DNA from: an uncultured Clostridia bacterium | GTDB lineage: Bacteria > Bacillota > Clostridia > TANB77 > CAG-508 | Assembly (NCBI GenBank): GCA_928721565.1 | Contig: OV788638.1 | Coordinates: 68,229 to 132,228, forward strand | Direction: 5' to 3' | Length of the DNA stretch: 64,000 nucleotides | Shown: piece by piece, positions 32,142 to 41,133 of the stretch | Position numbering within the stretch: position 1 is the stretch's first letter | Layout: every line of letters starts with the position of its first letter | Notes under the pieces: generated by a model | The model's input: the letters and a program-made list of their open reading frames with translations, nothing else | Database searches by the model: none | What the model was told of the DNA's origin: nothing | Made by a program: the position numbers and the translations under genes

Positions 32142-33404
32142 TTAAAATTCTTGAAATTTAGCTTTTTTTCTAAGTGTTGGTAAACTTTTGTATATTATTT
32201 TAAAGCATGAAAATTTTTCTAGTTCGTTGTCTTCTAAACAATCTAAATAAATATCTAATTCTTCTAGATTTTTGCAAGCAGATATTATTGCCGGATGTAA
32301 ATTTGTTTCAAACATCAATTCAATTCCCAATAATATTGCACTTCTTTTAGATTTTCCTTCTTTTTTGTACATCAAATTATATCCTTCTCTAAACCTTGCT
32401 CTTATTGAATTTTTGTATTTATCTAGTGGAAATATATAATTATTTTCAATTACTTCTGAAATTTTTGTTCCTTTATTTTGAATTACTTCATTTTTTATGT
32501 CATCCTTTGTATATGGTAAATAAACTTTACCATCTTCTTCAGATATGATTAGTGTATGATTGTCTTCTAAGTTATTTTCAATAACCTTTTCTTCGTCTAT
32601 TTCAAATGTTAATCCTTCGTCATCTGCTATAATTTCTGTCAAATTGGTAAGTTTGAAATTTACAACATTGTCTTTTCTTTGTAAATTGTCAATTACATAA
32701 TTAATTTTAAAGTCTTGATTTGTTGTTATTTCATAGTCTTCACCTTGTTTTTCTAGAATTAAGTAAACTTCGTCTGATATTATCCTTAATTTAGGATCTC
32801 TAACTATTATGTATGACGTATCACTTGTTTCAGTATATATGTTATATTCTGATTTTTGCAATTCTATTCTGTAATGATTATGCTTTAACAACACTTCTGT
32901 TGTGTCATTTTCAGCATAGATTTTTATTTCACCTTGTGTTTCTTCTTTTTCTTTTGCTTTTTTGGTAGTAGTTCTTGCTGTCTTTGTTTTTGTCTTTTTA
33001 GTTGCTTTTTTATTTTCTACTTCTTCGTCTTCAGAGATTTGTATAGCTTGGATTTCTTCACTTTTAGGTTCTTCTTCGGTTTCTTTCTCTAGTTTACTTT
33101 TTCTTGTTGTTTTAGCTTTTTTGCTACTTTTTATGCCTTCTTCAATCTTGGTAAGTCTCTTTTTTCTTGTCTTTTTTTCATTTTCTTTTAGTGTTTTTAA
33201 GTTCTTTTCCAAGTTATCTTCTGTAAGCCATCTATTTACATTACCAAAAATTTCATCTGCATCATCATCGTCATCATCAACAACTTTTATTATATTGTCA
33301 TTATCTAAATCTATTTTATAAATATTATCTTCTTCAGCATCTTTTTTTTGTCTTTTTCTTTTTACTTGTTTATCTTTGGTCTCTTTTAATAGTTTTCCAG
33401 CCAT
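32142..33404 (-). CDS. Hypothetical protein, 420 aa, with a K/E/D-rich low-complexity N-terminal half and a structured C-terminal half
   Basis: ORF track. RBS GGAGG (tggaggttaaaATG). Includes a DDDDDDAD run and KKxKT-rich stretches. No family recognised. Confidence 0.65.
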   Translation of the reverse strand: MAGKLLKETKDKQVKRKRQKKDAEEDNIYKIDLDNDNIIKVVDDDDDDADEIFGNVNRWLTEDNLEKNLKTLKENEKKTRKKRLTKIEEGIKSSKKAKTTRKSKLEKETEEEPKSEEIQAIQISEDEEVENKKATKKTKTKTARTTTKKAKEKEETQGEIKIYAENDTTEVLLKHNHYRIELQKSEYNIYTETSDTSYIIVRDPKLRIISDEVYLILEKQGEDYEITTNQDFKINYVIDNLQRKDNVVNFKLTNLTEIIADDEGLTFEIDEEKVIENNLEDNHTLIISEEDGKVYLPYTKDDIKNEVIQNKGTKISEVIENNYIFPLDKYKNSIRARFREGYNLMYKKEGKSKRSAILLGIELMFETNLHPAIISACKNLEELDIYLDCLEDNELEKFSCFKIIYKSLPTLRKKAKFQEF

Positions 33405-33470
33405 TTTAACCTCCAGTCTTTAGTATTTTTGTTTTCCTTCTTTAGATTTTATAGTCAATCTATTTATTTA

Positions 33471-33499
33471 ATTATACATCATTTTCCATCTTATCACAA
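33471..33499 (-). promoter_or_regulatory. Putative promoter of 32142..33404 (-35 TTGTGA, 17 nt spacer, -10 TATAAT)
   Basis: Minus strand reads TTGTGA (33494..33499), a 17-nt spacer, then TATAAT (33471..33476). Confidence 0.4.
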
Positions 33500-33507
33500 G
33501 CCCTTTT

Positions 33508-33540
33508 ATGTTACATTTATGTTACATTTCTATTACATTT
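33508..33540. repeat. Three tandem 11-nt iterons RTRTTACATTT abutting a REP
   Basis: atgttacattt, atgttacattt, ctattacattt, followed directly by gttcattaGGGACCGGTTCT at 33541. Confidence 0.8.
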
Positions 33541-33616
33541 GTTCATTAGGGACCGGTTCTCTTTTGACCACTTTTTGTGGTCAGTTGTTCGTTTGGGACC
33601 GGTTCTTAAATGAACA
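33541..33616 (+). repeat. REP-like cluster 3: 2 copies (+)
   Basis: Cores at 33549 and 33595. Confidence 0.9.
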
Positions 33617-33624
33617 TTACCATC

Positions 33625-33657
33625 AAAAAAGGCAAAGTTTAATTCTTTGCCTTTTTT
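33625..33657 (-). terminator. Rho-independent terminator downstream of 33674..34855 (bidirectional shape)
   Basis: Stem ggcaaag (33631..33637) pairs with ctttgcc (33645..33651), loop tttaatt. Flanked by aaaaaa on the left and tttttt on the right. Confidence 0.7.
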
Positions 33658-33673
33658 GATATATTAAATTATC

Positions 33674-34855
33674 TTATTCTGTTTCTGGGCCTGTTGCTCC
33701 TACTTTTGATCCTTTTACTAATCCTATATTAACTTTTACTCCTCCTCCATGTGAAGCATAGTTAATACAGTCAACATCTTGACCTTCTAGCCATAAATAA
33801 ATTCTAATTCTACAAATTTTATTTGCTGGTATTGTAAATTTTGAAGTTCCATCTGTTGTACTAATTAAATTTTGAACCCCTTCTTTAATTGTATAATCAC
33901 TTTCAGATTTTTTTGTAGTTTGCAAAGTACTTTGCTTTTGTATATTTGATTCACTACCATCCCATTTATATATGTCTGAAATCGAAGATCCAATAGAGCT
34001 ATCTTTTAAGGCATATGTAGGCATTTGTGTATTTACATCAAAACCTTTTGAACCATTGTCAAGTTGTTTTGTAGCATATTTTGCAGCATCAGCTGATGAC
34101 CATGTTATTTTATTGTTATTTTGCACAATATATGACACGTGATCATTAGAGTTTGGTTCCCAAATAGCAACATTTTTTATACTTACTGGTGATGATCCTA
34201 CACCTATTCCTGCTGTTTGTTTAAGAACTTCTGCCTGTTCAGCCATTACGTCAGCTGTTCCATTATATAAAGCAAATGCTACTCTCGCTGTATTTTGTAA
34301 TCCTGTTGCACTTTTATCAGCTTCTAATATTTCTAATAATGAATCATAATTTAATTGCAATTCATCATCATTGTCTGTCTTAGAATTATTTTTCAAAAAT
34401 ATATCAAATGCGAAATATCCTGGATATGTTGAACTTGATGGTGTAGTGTCTGTTTCTACCATTGATTTTATTTCACTTAATTCCTTAGAATTTTCAATTT
34501 TTCCTCTTAACATTTTCAAATCTGTTTGGCTTCCACTAACTAATCCTAGTGTAGATACTGGCAACATCTCTGAAGGAGATAAATTATGGTTACCTGAATA
34601 TGCATCATCTATAATACTTAATTGTCCATCTTCTGTCCCTAACACAAGACCATTTGACCATTTATCTGCATCTAATGAAATTTCCAAACCTTCTGCAACT
34701 TCTACTGTACCAGTTAAGTTTGTAATTGATACGTTTTTCTGTGTTGAGAACCATGCATATGTTGATATAATAAACATTACTAATGCTAATAATATTATAA
34801 AAAACATTGCATTCATTTCAGACTTTCTTTTGTTTTTCCTACTTTTTTCCTTCAT
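33674..34855 (-). CDS. Secreted protein with SipW-type (TasA/camelysin-like) signal peptide, 393 aa
   Basis: N-terminus ...MFFIILLALVMFIISTYAWFSTQKNV resembles the (T/S)xA(W/Y)F(S/T) motif of SipW-cognate signal peptides. C-terminal ...IRIYLWLEGQDVDCINY. The family assignment is tentative. Confidence 0.55.
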   Translation of the reverse strand: MKEKSRKNKRKSEMNAMFFIILLALVMFIISTYAWFSTQKNVSITNLTGTVEVAEGLEISLDADKWSNGLVLGTEDGQLSIIDDAYSGNHNLSPSEMLPVSTLGLVSGSQTDLKMLRGKIENSKELSEIKSMVETDTTPSSSTYPGYFAFDIFLKNNSKTDNDDELQLNYDSLLEILEADKSATGLQNTARVAFALYNGTADVMAEQAEVLKQTAGIGVGSSPVSIKNVAIWEPNSNDHVSYIVQNNNKITWSSADAAKYATKQLDNGSKGFDVNTQMPTYALKDSSIGSSISDIYKWDGSESNIQKQSTLQTTKKSESDYTIKEGVQNLISTTDGTSKFTIPANKICRIRIYLWLEGQDVDCINYASHGGGVKVNIGLVKGSKVGATGPETE

Positions 34856-34949
34856 TTTCTTCTCCCTTTCACATCTTTTACTCTTATTTTCAATTCACTT
34901 TCATTTTACTATCTATTTTTTTGTTTGTCAACAATTTTCTTTCATAATT

Positions 34950-34982
34950 ATATTACATTTATATTACATTTTTGTTACATCT
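34950..34982. repeat. Three tandem 11-nt iterons RTRTTACATTT next to REP cluster 4
   Basis: atattacattt, atattacattt, ttgttacatct. Confidence 0.75.
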
Positions 34983-34992
34983 TTTCCGTGTT

Positions 34993-35126
34993 GGAGTGGT
35001 TCTTTTTTGGTGTTTCTGAGTTGCATTTGTGTCATTTGGGACCGGTTCTTCACCGGTTATTTTTATGTAACCTGTTCGTTGAGGACCGGTTCTTAAATGT
35101 GCAGTTGTTCTTTTTGGACCGGTTCT
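34993..35126 (+). repeat. REP-like cluster 4: 3 copies (+) plus one degenerate copy
   Basis: Cores at 35038, 35083 (AGGACC variant) and 35116 (TGGACC variant). Degenerate GGAGTGGTTCT at 34993. Confidence 0.85.
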
Positions 35127-35155
35127 CTTTGGTTCCTCTTTGGTTCATTTTGGAT

Positions 35156-35188
35156 AAAAAAATATATCACTACTAGGTGATATATTTT
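35156..35188 (-). terminator. Rho-independent terminator downstream of 35202..35558
   Basis: Perfect 11-bp stem: aaatatatcac (35160..35170) pairs with gtgatatattt (35177..35187), loop tactag. An A-run lies on the plus strand to the left, which is a T-run on the minus strand. Confidence 0.7.
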
Positions 35189-35201
35189 CAATTTTACTTT
35201 T

Positions 35202-35558
35202 CTATCCAATTTCTTCTGTTTCAGTATTTTCTTCTTTTTGTAATGTTTCTTCATCATAATAAGCATTATTATCTTGACTAGCATAATTTTCTTGTTCAGT
35301 TTTTTTAACTGATGTTCCAAATGAAAAAACTTTTTTTTCTGCTCTAGTTTTCTCTTCAAATTTTTTATAGAATTCAGCTTTCACATCATTTAACGTTTCT
35401 TGCATTGCATTAAACATTTCTTCTACATCATCTTTTGTAAAGTCATATGCATTGCTTCTAGCCATTGGTTCTAATATTTGCATATCATGCATTACATTAT
35501 TCACTCTTTTTCCAGCATATTCCATAAATTTGTTTCTTTTTTCTTCGTTTACTTCCAT
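35202..35558 (-). CDS. Hypothetical small acidic protein (118 aa)
   Basis: ORF track. RBS aaggaagga upstream of the ATG. No family recognised. Confidence 0.6.
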   Translation of the reverse strand: MEVNEEKRNKFMEYAGKRVNNVMHDMQILEPMARSNAYDFTKDDVEEMFNAMQETLNDVKAEFYKKFEEKTRAEKKVFSFGTSVKKTEQENYASQDNNAYYDEETLQKEENTETEEIG

Positions 35559-35679
35559 TTTACAATCCTTCCTTTACATCTTTTTTTCAAACTACTAATT
35601 ATATATAACACATTTTTGGGATTTTTTCAATTTTTATTATTTTATTTTTATAGCATATTATTTCTTCAACTATTTATGT

Positions 35680-35785
35680 GTTCATTTAAGAACCGGTCCC
35701 AAATGAACACCAAGTGAACATTGTTCAAGAGAGAACCGGTCCCTAATGAACAGTTGCACAAAGCAGAACCGGTCCCTAATGACAC
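35680..35785 (-). repeat. REP-like cluster 5: 3 copies, inverted orientation (AGAACCGGTCCC on + strand)
   Basis: Cores at 35689, 35732 and 35765. The last flank (taatgacac) runs into the hydA stop codon at 35786. Confidence 0.9.
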
Positions 35786-37543
35786 CTAATGACACAACTG
35801 ATATTTTTCTCTTTCAACATAATGAGTATGTAATAGCTTATGTGCCCTGTAGCTACCTGGTTCTTCAAGATATTCTGCGTAAATCTTTTTTACAACGGGA
35901 TTTTCATGTGATTTTCTAATCTTACTTTTTTCATCAATTGAATATAATGCATCTGATCTAAGTTTTCTCACATTAGTCTCTCGCCTAATCTTTGAAGTTT
36001 TAATTGGTTGGCCACCTCCCATTATGCAGCCTCCTGGACATGCCATTATTTCTACAAATTGATAATCTGCTTTACCTGATTTTATTTCCTCCATAATTTT
36101 CTGGGCATTAGCTAAGCCGCTTGCCGCAACAACTTTTAGGTCTTTTTTTCCGATTTTGACTGTTGCTCTTTTTATTCCTTCTCCACCTCTTACCTGTTCA
36201 AAGTCAATCTTTGGCAAATCTTTTCCAGTCAATGTATCTTGTGCTGTCCTTAATGCTGCTTCCATCACACCACCAGTGGTTCCGAAAATTGCCGCTGCTC
36301 CTGTTGCTTCTCCCATAGGCTCATCAAATTCACTATCTTCTAGTTTTTCAAATTCAATGTTGGCTTGTTTAATCATCCTTGATAGTTCTCTTGTTGTTAT
36401 AACATTATCAACATCATATAGTCCATTATTTTTTAGTTCATCTCTTTGTCTTTCAAATTTTTTTGCAATACATGGCATAACTGATACCACATAGATTTTT
36501 TCTGGATTTATTCCTTCTTTTTGTGCAAAGTAGGTTTTTGTCAAAGCGCCAAACATTTGATGTGGTGATTTACATGTTGACAAATGTGGTAATAATTCAG
36601 GATAATTCATTTCTATATATTTTACCCATCCTGGTGAACATGATGTTATCATTGGCAAATTATCATTTTCGTTTAATCTTTCTATAAATTCATGAGCTTC
36701 TTCTATTATTGTAAAATCTGCTCCAGTGTTTGTATCAAAGACTTTATCGAAACCAAGTCTTTTTAATGCTGTAACCATTTTCCCTTTAACATTAGTTCCT
36801 ATTGGCATTCCAAATTCTTCTCCAAGTGCAACTCTTACTGCAGGCGCAGTTTGAACAACTACATATGTATCTGGATCTTTTAATTTTACCCATACGTCAT
36901 TGATTGTTTCTTTTTCGTGTAATGCTCCTGTAGGACACGCTTGAATACATTGCCCACAATTAGTACAATTCACATCATTTAGACTATGATCTCCGACCGT
37001 AGATATGCATGATTCAAATCCACGATTTATGCAGTCTATTGCTCCAATTTTTTGTATATTTTTGCACGCCGCTACACATCTTCTGCATAATATGCATTTA
37101 TTAAAATCTCTTACAATAGATGGTGATAAATCGTCCACTTTGTGTTTTGTCATTTCACCTGGAAATTCAACATTTAATACATTAAACTTAACTGCTAATG
37201 TTTGTAATTCACAATTTCCTGAACGTGTACATGTTAAACAATCTTTCGCATGGTTAGAAATTATCAAATCTAATATGACATGTCTAGCTTCTAACACATT
37301 TGGAGTATGTGTATGTATCACCATTCCTTCTTCTACTGTCTGAATGCAAGATGTTGCAAACCCTCGTCTCCCTTCAATTTCAACTATACACATTCTGCAA
37401 TCTCCCACTTCATTGATATCTTTCAAAAAACATAATGTAGGAATATCTATTCCAGCTTGTTTTGCTGCTTCTAATATTGTTGTACTTTTTGGTACTTTTA
37501 CTTCTATTCCATCTATTTTTAAAGATATTAATTCTTTACTCAT
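35786..37543 (-). CDS. hydA: [FeFe]-hydrogenase catalytic subunit (HydA/HndD-like, multimeric NAD(P)-linked type)
   Basis: N-terminal 2Fe-2S ferredoxin-like fold (ISLKIDGIEVKVP...CRMCIVEIEG) and 4Fe-4S motifs (CILCRRCVAACK, CTNCGQCIQACP). H-cluster motifs ITSCSPGW, VMPCIAKKFE and EIMACPGGCIMGGGQP. Start moved to MSKELISL (RBS aggagg); the ORF-track N-terminal extension is REP-adjacent read-through. Confidence 0.9.
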   Translation of the reverse strand: MSKELISLKIDGIEVKVPKSTTILEAAKQAGIDIPTLCFLKDINEVGDCRMCIVEIEGRRGFATSCIQTVEEGMVIHTHTPNVLEARHVILDLIISNHAKDCLTCTRSGNCELQTLAVKFNVLNVEFPGEMTKHKVDDLSPSIVRDFNKCILCRRCVAACKNIQKIGAIDCINRGFESCISTVGDHSLNDVNCTNCGQCIQACPTGALHEKETINDVWVKLKDPDTYVVVQTAPAVRVALGEEFGMPIGTNVKGKMVTALKRLGFDKVFDTNTGADFTIIEEAHEFIERLNENDNLPMITSCSPGWVKYIEMNYPELLPHLSTCKSPHQMFGALTKTYFAQKEGINPEKIYVVSVMPCIAKKFERQRDELKNNGLYDVDNVITTRELSRMIKQANIEFEKLEDSEFDEPMGEATGAAAIFGTTGGVMEAALRTAQDTLTGKDLPKIDFEQVRGGEGIKRATVKIGKKDLKVVAASGLANAQKIMEEIKSGKADYQFVEIMACPGGCIMGGGQPIKTSKIRRETNVRKLRSDALYSIDEKSKIRKSHENPVVKKIYAEYLEEPGSYRAHKLLHTHYVEREKYQLCH

Positions 37544-37567
37544 ATCTTTCCTCCTTTGGTTCATTTG

Positions 37568-37715
37568 TGTCATTTAGGACCGGTTCTCTTTTGAGCACTG
37601 TGTCATTAGGGACCGGTTCTCAAATGTGCAATTGTTCACTTGGGACCGGTTCTTAAATGTGCAGTTGTACTTTAGGGACCGGTTCTTACTTGAACATATC
37701 ATGGATTGGTTCTCG
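37568..37715 (+). repeat. REP-like cluster 6: 4 copies (+) plus one degenerate copy, 33-nt period
   Basis: Cores at 37577 (TAGGACC variant), 37609, 37642 and 37675. Degenerate GGATTGGTTCT at 37703. The first core lies 34 nt upstream of the hydA ATG. Confidence 0.9.
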
Positions 37716-37724
37716 TTAGTCTTG

Positions 37725-38252
37725 TTAGATTGTTGATTCTGTTTCTTTTTGAGTGTTCATTTCCTTAAATGACTTATGGCTATTTAGCAAATTAACAAAA
37801 AGTTCTATTTCTATACTTAAAAACGCTAAATATGGCACATGTTCTTCCAAAATATATTCCCTAACAACACTATCAGAAATAGTATCAACTCTTGTTCTTT
37901 CTTTATAAGACACATCATTTGTCATTATAATATAATATACGAATATTATTGCAATCATAATTAATACTTTATTACTTTTTTTATTTTTTATTTGTAACAC
38001 AAATGTTATTATTGATGCAATAAGCAGTATACTAGCAATTAATGATAATATTCTAACGTCACATTTTACCCAAAATCCTGTATTTTTTATGTTCCAAGAG
38101 TATGATAAATAAACCCATATAACCATGTTTATTATCATACATATATTTAAAATTTTATATTTTCTTCTTACTAAATTTTCTATTAACATTACTACTGGTA
38201 GTATAAATATTGATATATTTACTAATATTATCAATATTTCCGAGATTTTCAT
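37725..38252 (-). CDS. Hypothetical multi-pass membrane protein (~175 aa) inserted between hydB and hydA
   Basis: Start re-set to MKISEILIILVN (ATG 38250..38252, RBS GGAGGA at 38261..38266). The ORF-track N-terminus MNNCPKKNRSQMNNCPKKNRSQ is a translation of tandem REP copies. Several hydrophobic segments. Confidence 0.6.
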   Translation of the reverse strand: MKISEILIILVNISIFILPVVMLIENLVRRKYKILNICMIINMVIWVYLSYSWNIKNTGFWVKCDVRILSLIASILLIASIITFVLQIKNKKSNKVLIMIAIIFVYYIIMTNDVSYKERTRVDTISDSVVREYILEEHVPYLAFLSIEIELFVNLLNSHKSFKEMNTQKETESTI

Positions 38253-38272
38253 AAGATTTTTCCTCCTTCTTT

Positions 38273-38400
38273 TGTTCATTTGGGACCGGTTCTTTTTTGG
38301 ACAGTTGTTCATTTGGGACCGGTTCTTTTTTGGACAGTTGTTCATTTGGGACCGGTTCTTAAATGTTCAATTGTTCACTTGGGACCGGTTCTTAAATGAT
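38273..38400 (+). repeat. REP-like cluster 7: 4 copies (+) in a strict 33-nt tandem array
   Basis: Cores at 38282, 38315, 38348 and 38381. The unit gttcatttGGGACCGGTTCTtttttggacagtt is repeated. Confidence 0.9.
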
Positions 38401-38427
38401 CTTAAATGATCAGATGATCTTAAATAA

Positions 38428-40287
38428 TTAATTTCCAATTGCATGAAATGGACAATTAGTTAAACATGTTCCACATTTTATACACTTTTCTTGGTTAATA
38501 ACACGTTTTTCTCTTGCTTCTCCTTCGATTGCTCTAACTGGGCAATGTTTTTGGCATAATCCACATCCCTTGCATTTTTCGGAATCTATTACAATTTTCG
38601 ATAGTGCCTTACATTCTAGAGTTCTACATTCCTTTTCAATAGCATGTTGCCTAAATTCTTCCCTAAAATATTTCAAAGTACTAATAACTGGATTCGGTGC
38701 ACTCTGTCCAAGTCCACATATACTAGCCTTTTGAATATTTACAGCTAACTTTTCTAGTTTATAGATGTCATATTCTGACCCTTCACCTGAGCACAGTCTT
38801 TCTAACAATTCAAGCATTCTCTTTGTACCTATTCTGCAAGGTGTACATTTTCCACAGCTTTCGCTGACTGTAAATTCCAAATAGAATTTTGCCAAACATA
38901 CCATACATTTAGTATCATCCATTACAATTAATCCACCAGACCCCATCATTGATCCAATCGCTTTTAATGATTCATAATCAATAGGTGTATCTAAATGCTC
39001 TGCCGGAATACATCCTCCTGATGGTCCTCCTGTTTGTGCGGCTTTAAACTGTCTTCCATTAGGAATACCTCCTCCAATGTCAAATACTATTTCTCTTAAA
39101 GTTGTTCCCATAGGCACTTCTACCAGTCCGATATTATTGACATTTCCACCAAGCGCAAAAACTTTCGTGCCTTTTGATGTCTCTGTTCCTATTGACGAAT
39201 ACCATTCTGCGCCATTCAGTATAATTCTAGTAATATTTGCAAAAGTTTCTACATTATTAATAAGTGTTGGCTTTCCCCATAGACCTTTTTCTGCAGGATA
39301 AGGTGGCTTAACTCTAGGTTGCCCACGTTTTCCTTCAATCGATTCTAGTAATGCAGTTTCTTCACCACATACAAATGCTCCTGCTCCCAAACGGATTTCT
39401 ACGTCAAAGTCAAAATTTGTTTCAAATATATTTTTTCCTAAAATACCATATTCTTTGGCTTGGTCTATTGCTTTTTGAAATCTCTTAACAGCAATTGGAT
39501 ATTCAGCTCTAACGTAAATATATCCTTTATTTGCACCTATTGCAAAACCTGCAATCATCATTGCTTCTAATACTGAATGTGGATCACCTTCAAGTATACT
39601 TCTGTCCATAAATGCTCCTGGATCACCTTCATCAGCATTACAAACAATATATTTTTGATTAGATTCATATGATTTTGTAAGTTCCCATTTCTTTCCCGTA
39701 GGGAATCCTGCACCTCCACGTCCACGTAAGCCTGAAGCTTTTATAATTTCTATAACTTCTTCTGGTGTCATTTCTCTAAGTACTCTTTCCAAGGCTCTAT
39801 ATCCATCAAAGGCGATATATTCATCAATACTTTCTGGATTGATTATTCCACAGTTTTTTAGTGCAATTCTTTTTTGCTTTTTATAAAAATTTAAATCGTC
39901 TAATTTGTTAACAATACCTCCATCTATATCTCTGCAAAGTAGCCTTTCTACTATCTTTCCTTCAATTATATGAGTTTGTATTATTTCTTCACAATCTTCT
40001 GGTCTTACATTAGAATAAAATGTATCTTCCGGTCTAATAATCACAATTGGTCCTTTTGCACATAGTCCAAAACAACCAGTCATGATAACTCTTACATTAT
40101 TAATATTCTTTTCTTTTAGTATTTCTCTTAATTTTTCTAATATCTCTGGAGATTTTGATGATGTACATCCTGTTCCATGGCATACCAGTATATGTTTTTC
40201 TCTTGTATCTGCTTTTGTGTTTATTCTTAAATCTAATTCTTTTCTTTTTTCTTCTCTTATTTTATGTATCTTTTCTAAGTTTTTCAT
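38428..40287 (-). CDS. hydB: [FeFe]-hydrogenase flavoprotein subunit (HydB/HndC, NuoF-like, NAD(P)H- and FMN-binding)
   Basis: GLRGRGGAGFPTGKKW and CNADEGDPGAF (NuoF FMN/NADH motifs). ESCGKCTPCR (N3-type 4Fe-4S). C-terminal 2x CxxCxxCxxxCP (CKGCGLCQKHCP, CIKCGTCLTNCP). N-terminal thioredoxin-like 2Fe-2S (CHGTGC...GCFGLC). Confidence 0.9.
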   Translation of the reverse strand: MKNLEKIHKIREEKRKELDLRINTKADTREKHILVCHGTGCTSSKSPEILEKLREILKEKNINNVRVIMTGCFGLCAKGPIVIIRPEDTFYSNVRPEDCEEIIQTHIIEGKIVERLLCRDIDGGIVNKLDDLNFYKKQKRIALKNCGIINPESIDEYIAFDGYRALERVLREMTPEEVIEIIKASGLRGRGGAGFPTGKKWELTKSYESNQKYIVCNADEGDPGAFMDRSILEGDPHSVLEAMMIAGFAIGANKGYIYVRAEYPIAVKRFQKAIDQAKEYGILGKNIFETNFDFDVEIRLGAGAFVCGEETALLESIEGKRGQPRVKPPYPAEKGLWGKPTLINNVETFANITRIILNGAEWYSSIGTETSKGTKVFALGGNVNNIGLVEVPMGTTLREIVFDIGGGIPNGRQFKAAQTGGPSGGCIPAEHLDTPIDYESLKAIGSMMGSGGLIVMDDTKCMVCLAKFYLEFTVSESCGKCTPCRIGTKRMLELLERLCSGEGSEYDIYKLEKLAVNIQKASICGLGQSAPNPVISTLKYFREEFRQHAIEKECRTLECKALSKIVIDSEKCKGCGLCQKHCPVRAIEGEAREKRVINQEKCIKCGTCLTNCPFHAIGN

Positions 40288-40360
40288 TCATTTCCTCCTT
40301 TTGACCATTCGGCACATTCTGGAACATTTGAAGCATTTGTGTAATTCTGTACCATCGGTG

Positions 40361-40510
40361 CCATTTGGTGCCATTTGGACCATTTGGGACCATTTGGACC
40401 ATTTGGACCATTTGGGACCGGTTCTCTATTGACCTGTTCATTAGGGACCGGTTCTTTGCTGGTCATCTTTATGTAACCTGTTCTTTTGGGACCGGTTCTT
40501 AAATGAACAT
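40361..40510 (+). repeat. REP-like cluster 8: about 6 tandem 9-10-nt half-REP units (CATTTGG(G)AC) leading into 3 full copies (+)
   Basis: ccatttggtg ccatttggac catttgggac catttggac catttggac catttGGGACCGGTTCT. Cores at 40414, 40444 and 40488. Confidence 0.9.
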
Positions 40511-40516
40511 CAAAAA

Positions 40517-41041
40517 TTATGTTGTACTTAATTCGTCTAGAACCTGATCTAATTTTTGTACAGTGGCTTTTCCATAAACTTCACCATTAACTGTAAAAAC
40601 AGGAGCTAATCCACATGCACCAACACATCTTGTTTCTTCTATAGAAAATTTTCCATCTTCTGTTGTTTCTCCAACTTCTATATTGAGTCTTTCTTTTAAT
40701 CGATCCATTATTTTTTGGGATCCTTTTACAAAACATGCCGTTCCCAAACAAACTGAAATATTATATTTTCCTTTTGGTTTTAGTGTAAATCTTGAATAAA
40801 AAGTTACTACTCCATAAATTTCAGCCATTGGAATATCTAGAAATTTTGATAATACTCCTTGCGCATTCATTGGGATATAGCCGTAATGTTCTTGCACTTC
40901 ATTTAAAATTTGAATCAAATTATCTTTTATAGGCTGATATTTATTACATAATTCTTCCAGAAATTTATCTTTTTTATTTTCCTCACATTGACACCCACAT
41001 TTAGTTTCTTTTACTGTGTTTTGCTTTGTATTTTCTTTCAT
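40517..41041 (-). CDS. hydC: [FeFe]-hydrogenase small subunit (HydC/HndA, NuoE-like thioredoxin-like 2Fe-2S)
   Basis: SVCLGTACFVKG ... RCVGACGLAP are the NuoE-type Cys motifs. Position upstream of hydB fits. Confidence 0.85.
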   Translation of the reverse strand: MKENTKQNTVKETKCGCQCEENKKDKFLEELCNKYQPIKDNLIQILNEVQEHYGYIPMNAQGVLSKFLDIPMAEIYGVVTFYSRFTLKPKGKYNISVCLGTACFVKGSQKIMDRLKERLNIEVGETTEDGKFSIEETRCVGACGLAPVFTVNGEVYGKATVQKLDQVLDELSTT

Positions 41042-41133
41042 ATAAATTCCTCCTATAATATTATATTTGCATTATATCAAAGTATTATTTTTTTAACAAG
41101 ATTTTTTCGACTTTTTTTACCTTTAGTCATTAG

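Noticed and set aside
35093-35359. 88-aa K-rich minus-strand ORF overlapping 35202..35558
   Set aside because: It is an alternative frame of the better-supported 118-aa ORF (which has an RBS and a terminator). Its 3' part runs through the terminator and REP cluster 4.
38273-38400. Regularly spaced 33-nt arrays of the palindromic repeat (also 11239..11356 and 37568..37690) as a possible CRISPR array
   Set aside because: The 'spacers' are only ~10-20 nt and are themselves conserved REP arms rather than unique sequences. Arrays have 2-8 units and are scattered in 13 loci. There are no cas genes and no leader in the window.
40284-40466. 60-aa minus-strand ORF (…NGPNGPNGPKWSKWHQMAP…) between hydC and hydB
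   Set aside because: It is entirely a translation of the CATTTGGAC microsatellite and REP copies. It has no RBS, and it overlaps the hydB start region.
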